64,000 nt of DNA from an uncultured Pseudomonadales bacterium (GTDB lineage: Bacteria > Patescibacteriota > Microgenomatia > UBA1400 > CAYXSR01): positions 108,839 through 172,838 of the forward strand of contig CAYXSR010000001.1 of the NCBI GenBank assembly GCA_964467735.1. The letters run 5' to 3'. Positions 60,313 to 64,000 of this stretch are shown here, piece after piece; position 1 is the stretch's first letter; each line of letters starts with the position of its first letter. The position numbers and the translations under genes are program-made. Under the pieces are notes generated by a model that saw only the letters and a list, made by a program, of their open reading frames with translations, did not search any database and had not been told where the DNA came from.

Positions 60313-61440
60313 TTAAAATTCTTTTTTGTTTGAGTTGTTGGCACTCAAGCAGGCAATAAAAGTGGTAATTGGAACAGCTAAAATAAGACCAATACTTCCT
60401 ACTAAAATTCTGACTATTTCCTCAGCAATAATCTCATAATTTATTACTTCAGAAAATGGATGAGGATTATCAATAAAAAGAAGAAGAAGGGGTAGAGCTG
60501 CACCAGTATAAACTAAAACTAGAGTATTCACCATTGAAGCAATATGATCCCTACCAACATCCATTGCTTTCTTATATAAGTCTTTACTTTTCATTTTAGG
60601 ATTTGCTTGCTTCAACTGAAAAACAATGGCCGATTGAGAAATAGTCACATCATCCAAAATACCTAAAACACCAATAATAATTCCAGCTAATAAAAGTCCC
60701 TTTATATTAATTAATCCTTGAGTGGCAAGTTGCAAAAAACTTGCTTCTTCAGAGACAAAACCGCTTAATTTTGTAGCTTCAACAAAAATACTAGCTAGGA
60801 TTCCTGTAATAATCAAAGCAGTTGATGTTCCGACAACAGAAACCGTCGTTTTTTTATTAAAACCGTGAGAAAGATAAAATGTAATAGGAATAATAAAAAA
60901 TGAACCAATAATGGCTATTTGGATTGGGTCTGAACCTTCTAAAATCTTTGGTAAGATAAACTTAAAAATAACCAAAAAAGAAATTCCCATTCCTAAAAGA
61001 GAATTAAAACCGCGCCATCTGGCTACCAAAATAGTCAAAATAATAAAAATGAAAAATAACCAGAAAAGAGAATCTCTTCTTATATAATCAGTGATGAAAA
61101 AAATATCATTACCTTCGAAATCCTTATTAAAAGAAATTATAAGATTATCACCAAGCTTATATTTTTGAAGATTAATCATCGGAATATTGCCATTTTCAAT
61201 AACAATTTTTTGTTCCTTTAAAGATCCTTTATTCACCAAAACTTCTAATTTTTGATAAAATTGCTTTTTGTTGAATTCTGTTAAAATTTCTTTTTCTTCT
61301 AAAATACTAACTACTGTTGCTTCTAAAGATTCTTCTTGCTGTGATAACCCTGATTGAAAATCATCCTCCTGTCCAAAAACAGAATGAACAGAATTTAGAA
61401 AAAAGAAAAAAAATACAATTAAAAATATTTTAATTTTCAT
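60313..61440 (-). CDS. YibE/F family membrane protein
   Basis: D..R, G.LDDVTISQ, GRDHIASMVNTLVLVY.GAALP, EEIVR..VGSIGL..AVP.TT. Confidence 0.88.
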   Translation of the reverse strand: MKIKIFLIVFFFFFLNSVHSVFGQEDDFQSGLSQQEESLEATVVSILEEKEILTEFNKKQFYQKLEVLVNKGSLKEQKIVIENGNIPMINLQKYKLGDNLIISFNKDFEGNDIFFITDYIRRDSLFWLFFIFIILTILVARWRGFNSLLGMGISFLVIFKFILPKILEGSDPIQIAIIGSFFIIPITFYLSHGFNKKTTVSVVGTSTALIITGILASIFVEATKLSGFVSEEASFLQLATQGLINIKGLLLAGIIIGVLGILDDVTISQSAIVFQLKQANPKMKSKDLYKKAMDVGRDHIASMVNTLVLVYTGAALPLLLLFIDNPHPFSEVINYEIIAEEIVRILVGSIGLILAVPITTFIACLSANNSNKKEF

Positions 61441-61717
61441 CTTTCTTTTCAATTTTTATTGCTTTTCCTTTGATAATAGCTTCAGCTATTTTTTTATAAG
61501 CGCTGTCTAGTATTCTGGCAAAAGTTGGTTGAGAAACTTTCATTTTCTTAGCCGCCTGTATTTGTTCTAAATTGTCAAGATCATGAAGTTTAATCGCTTC
61601 TAATTCGTCAGGTAGTAAAATTACTTCCTCAAGTATCCGCAAAGGAATTCCCTGAGGTTTAAAATAATAAACATCTGGCTTAAACCGCAAACAACGCGGT
61701 ATTCTTGGCCTTGTCAT
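61430..61717 (-). CDS. DUF134 family DNA-binding protein
   Basis: RPR..R......YFKP.G.P, ELEAI.L.D...L.Q..AA..M.VSQPTF.R.L.SA.KKIA. Confidence 0.88.
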   Translation of the reverse strand: MTRPRIPRCLRFKPDVYYFKPQGIPLRILEEVILLPDELEAIKLHDLDNLEQIQAAKKMKVSQPTFARILDSAYKKIAEAIIKGKAIKIEKKDEN

Positions 61718-61750
61718 ACTTTTTATATTCAAATTTGGAAGAAATATTTA

Positions 61751-61999
61751 TTATTCTTTTTTTAATTCCTCCTCTTCTTTTTCAACATCACTTAACTCTT
61801 CTTCTAAAGCTTTTCTATAATCACTAAGAGCTTCTAATTGGTCTTTTTTATTTTGAGGCCAACTCCAAGTAAAGTAGCGACCCAAACCTCGTCCCGTTCC
61901 AAATCTTCGTCTCCAACCCAAACCTAAACCACATGGACCAAAACCTCTACCTGTCATTGGACCCTGTCCCATAGGACCAGTTCTATCAAATCCGGGCAT
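61751..61999 (-). CDS. DUF5320 family Gly/Arg-rich protein
   Basis: MPGFDRTGPMGQGPMTGRG.GPC N-terminus, coiled-coil C-terminus. Confidence 0.85.
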   Translation of the reverse strand: MPGFDRTGPMGQGPMTGRGFGPCGLGLGWRRRFGTGRGLGRYFTWSWPQNKKDQLEALSDYRKALEEELSDVEKEEEELKKE

Positions 62000-62029
62000 T
62001 TTTTTCACCCCCTTTCTATTATTCTATTT

Positions 62030-62071
62030 ATGAATATATATTCATTATAAAATATTTGTTAACTTTGTCAA
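62030..62071 (-). promoter_or_regulatory. consensus promoter with a 16-bp perfect palindromic operator candidate
   Basis: TTGACA(62066-71)-16-TATAAT(62044-49); ATGAATATATATTCAT at 62030-62045. Confidence 0.75.
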
Positions 62072-62088
62072 GTTTGAAAAAAATACTT

Positions 62089-62122
62089 AAAAACCTCATC
62101 CTTTTGCAAGGACGAGGTTTTT
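62089..62122 (-). terminator. intrinsic terminator with GCAA tetraloop
   Basis: AAAACCTCGTCCTT-GCAA-AAGGATGAGGTTTTT on the minus strand. Confidence 0.85.
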
Positions 62123-62142
62123 ATTCGTAAGTGTTAATACCC

Positions 62143-62607
62143 TCATTCACCAAAGCGCTTAGGACCGAAACCACCTCTTGGACCTTCACCTAAAAACATT
62201 GGACAAGAATCTAGCTCAAGTCCATTTTCTTCTGCCCACTTTTTCATTTCTTCCTGATGGGCTTCCATTTTTTCTCGTCTTTCCTCAGGTGATAAGTCTT
62301 TAAATTCTTCTCTATTAGCTTGCATCTCTTCTCTCTTGGCTAAGATTGCCTGCTTTTGTTCTTCAGTGATTTCACCTTCACTAACAGCTTGATTTAAACG
62401 TTCTTCAAAACGATTCTGCATTTGCTGATGTTGTTCCTCTCTAGCCTCATCAAAAACAGCTTTCACCTCATCTTCATTAAGTCCAAAACGCTCAACTAGC
62501 TTTTGGATAATTGGAGGATATTTGTCTGAGTTATCAGCATAGGCCTTGGTGCTGGCAAAGACAAGCAATCCTAAAGCTAAAACAAGAATAATAATTAGTT
62601 TTTTCAT
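62143..62607 (-). CDS. secreted helical protein, Spy/CpxP-like
   Basis: Signal peptide; ITEEQK and LSPEER (LTxxQ-like) repeats; SD AAAGGAGGTGA. Confidence 0.6.
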   Translation of the reverse strand: MKKLIIILVLALGLLVFASTKAYADNSDKYPPIIQKLVERFGLNEDEVKAVFDEAREEQHQQMQNRFEERLNQAVSEGEITEEQKQAILAKREEMQANREEFKDLSPEERREKMEAHQEEMKKWAEENGLELDSCPMFLGEGPRGGFGPKRFGE

Positions 62608-62733
62608 TTTTTCACCTCCTTTCTATATTCTCTAAACTTCAGTGTTATTTTTAAGATGACTCTGCCCAACACTGAATTAATTAACAAATTAATAATAATT
62701 AGTAAATCTGAAAAAACGCTTAGAAAGAAAGAC

Positions 62734-63804
62734 TTAGAAATGTTTCAGTGGTAATTTAATTGTGAAAGTAGTCCCTTTATCTAAAATACTAGAAACCTTA
62801 ATCGAACCATTATGGATTTCAATAATTCTTTTAGCCAACGAAAGACCTAAACCATAACCAGTAATATTTTCTTTAGATCGGGATTGATCAACGCGATAGA
62901 GTCTTTCAAAAATAAAAGGAATGTCTTTTTTGGGAATCCCAATACCATTATCTTTGATTTGTAAAATCAATTGTTTTTTATCTATTCTTGTAGTCATGGT
63001 TATCTTTCCTTTTTTAGGAGTATATTTTATGGCATTATCAAGAAAGATAAGAATCATTTCTTCTAAGATCTCTTTGTTTGCTTGAATATTTTGTTTTTTA
63101 GCCCTAATTTTTATTTCGATATTCTTTTTTTTAGCTAAAGGTAGGACTTTTCGATAAGCATTTTTAACCACTCGGGACATTTCAATATTTTCAAAAATAA
63201 GATTTTTACCATTATTTTGGAGATTAGCTAAATTTAAAAGACTGTTGCTTAAAGACTGTAAACCATCAATATCTTCTAAATTACTTTTTATTATTTTCTT
63301 TGCTTTTAATAACGACAATTTTTTATCTCTTAAGGCTACCTCCATTGAGGTTTTCAAAGTAGTTAAAGGAGTTCGAAATTCATGAGAGGCATCAGCAACA
63401 AACCTTTTCTGTTCTTCCATTACTCCTTCAATTGGTCTTAGTGTTTTACCTGCTAAAAAATAACCCGCTAAGGTCGATATTCCTAAAATCCCTCCATTAA
63501 GGATTAATAAACTTAAAACCAATCGTTCTTTAGCCGTTTGAAGATCTTCAATAAACAAAACACGCGCTGGTTTTTCTCTTAATTCAAAAGGCAAGTCTTC
63601 TAATCGAGCAGAAAAACGCCTTGGCAAAGGAATATTTAATTCTTCTGCTCTTAGTCTTAATTCTGCCATATGAAAACCTCTTTCTAATTCTCCCAATACT
63701 CTCACATAAATAACTATGCTAAAAAGAATACTAATAACCATAATGATTAAAAGATACCAACCGGTTAGTTTTAGTCGAGCTGATTGAAATATTGATTGAA
63801 ACAC
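62734..63804 (-). CDS. sensor histidine kinase
   Basis: Two TM; ADASHEFRTPL, DNAIKY, D.GIGI, GYGLGL; GTG start. Confidence 0.95.
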   Translation of the reverse strand: MFQSIFQSARLKLTGWYLLIIMVISILFSIVIYVRVLGELERGFHMAELRLRAEELNIPLPRRFSARLEDLPFELREKPARVLFIEDLQTAKERLVLSLLILNGGILGISTLAGYFLAGKTLRPIEGVMEEQKRFVADASHEFRTPLTTLKTSMEVALRDKKLSLLKAKKIIKSNLEDIDGLQSLSNSLLNLANLQNNGKNLIFENIEMSRVVKNAYRKVLPLAKKKNIEIKIRAKKQNIQANKEILEEMILIFLDNAIKYTPKKGKITMTTRIDKKQLILQIKDNGIGIPKKDIPFIFERLYRVDQSRSKENITGYGLGLSLAKRIIEIHNGSIKVSSILDKGTTFTIKLPLKHF

Positions 63805-64000
63805 TATTTGTTTTCTCCAATTCGGTAACCAAAACCTCTTAAGGTTTGAATAAGAGAAGGTTTATTTTTAAATGGTTTATCAATTTTATTTCTTAAATAA
63901 CCAATATAAACTTCAACTGTGTTCGGCAACACATCAGCATCATAGTCCCAAACATGGTTAATAATTTGATTTTTAGAAAGAACTTTGCCTTTATATCTTA
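63804..64000 (-). CDS. OmpR/PhoB-family response regulator, C-terminal part (partial)
   Basis: Hand translation ...GKVFSKNQIINHVWDYDADVLPNTVEVYIGYLRNKIDKPF...IQTLRGFGYRIGENK*. Confidence 0.92.
   Translation of the reverse strand, partial: RYKGKVLSKNQIINHVWDYDADVLPNTVEVYIGYLRNKIDKPFKNKPSLIQTLRGFGYRIGENK

Overview
Low-GC, very gene-dense chromosomal segment read in standard code 11 (TGA acts as a stop). Gene content (many GT-C glycosyltransferases, DUF4012, PEGA, tandem PBP1A, group-3b-like hydrogenase, split transketolase) suggests a Patescibacteria/CPR organism, probably Microgenomates; this is an inference. The window holds envelope and glycan genes, a DNA-repair block (pcrA; rmuC-helicase/nuclease-uvrB-uvrA-uvrC), metG/tatD, tRNA-Cys, a minimal [NiFe]-hydrogenase locus, groES-groL, a pentose-phosphate/gap operon, glyA, an ADP-forming acetate-CoA ligase, and an accessory-looking end (HIT-like, ParB-like, DUF5320-DUF134-YibE/F, two-component system). 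I saw no CRISPR array, IS, integrase or prophage. Top leads: (1) a tail-less hydrogenase facing a tRNA-Cys-hypC-EamA-DUF6390-like unit, possibly a non-canonical maturation module; (2) a 462-bp identical block shared by two otherwise diverged PBP1A genes; (3) GroEL with the catalytic D398 replaced by Asn; (4) a leaderless Phe-rich uORF running through a terminator; (5) widespread leaderless promoter geometry; (6) a WecA-like enzyme missing two conserved aspartates. Family names are motif-based recognition, not database hits.
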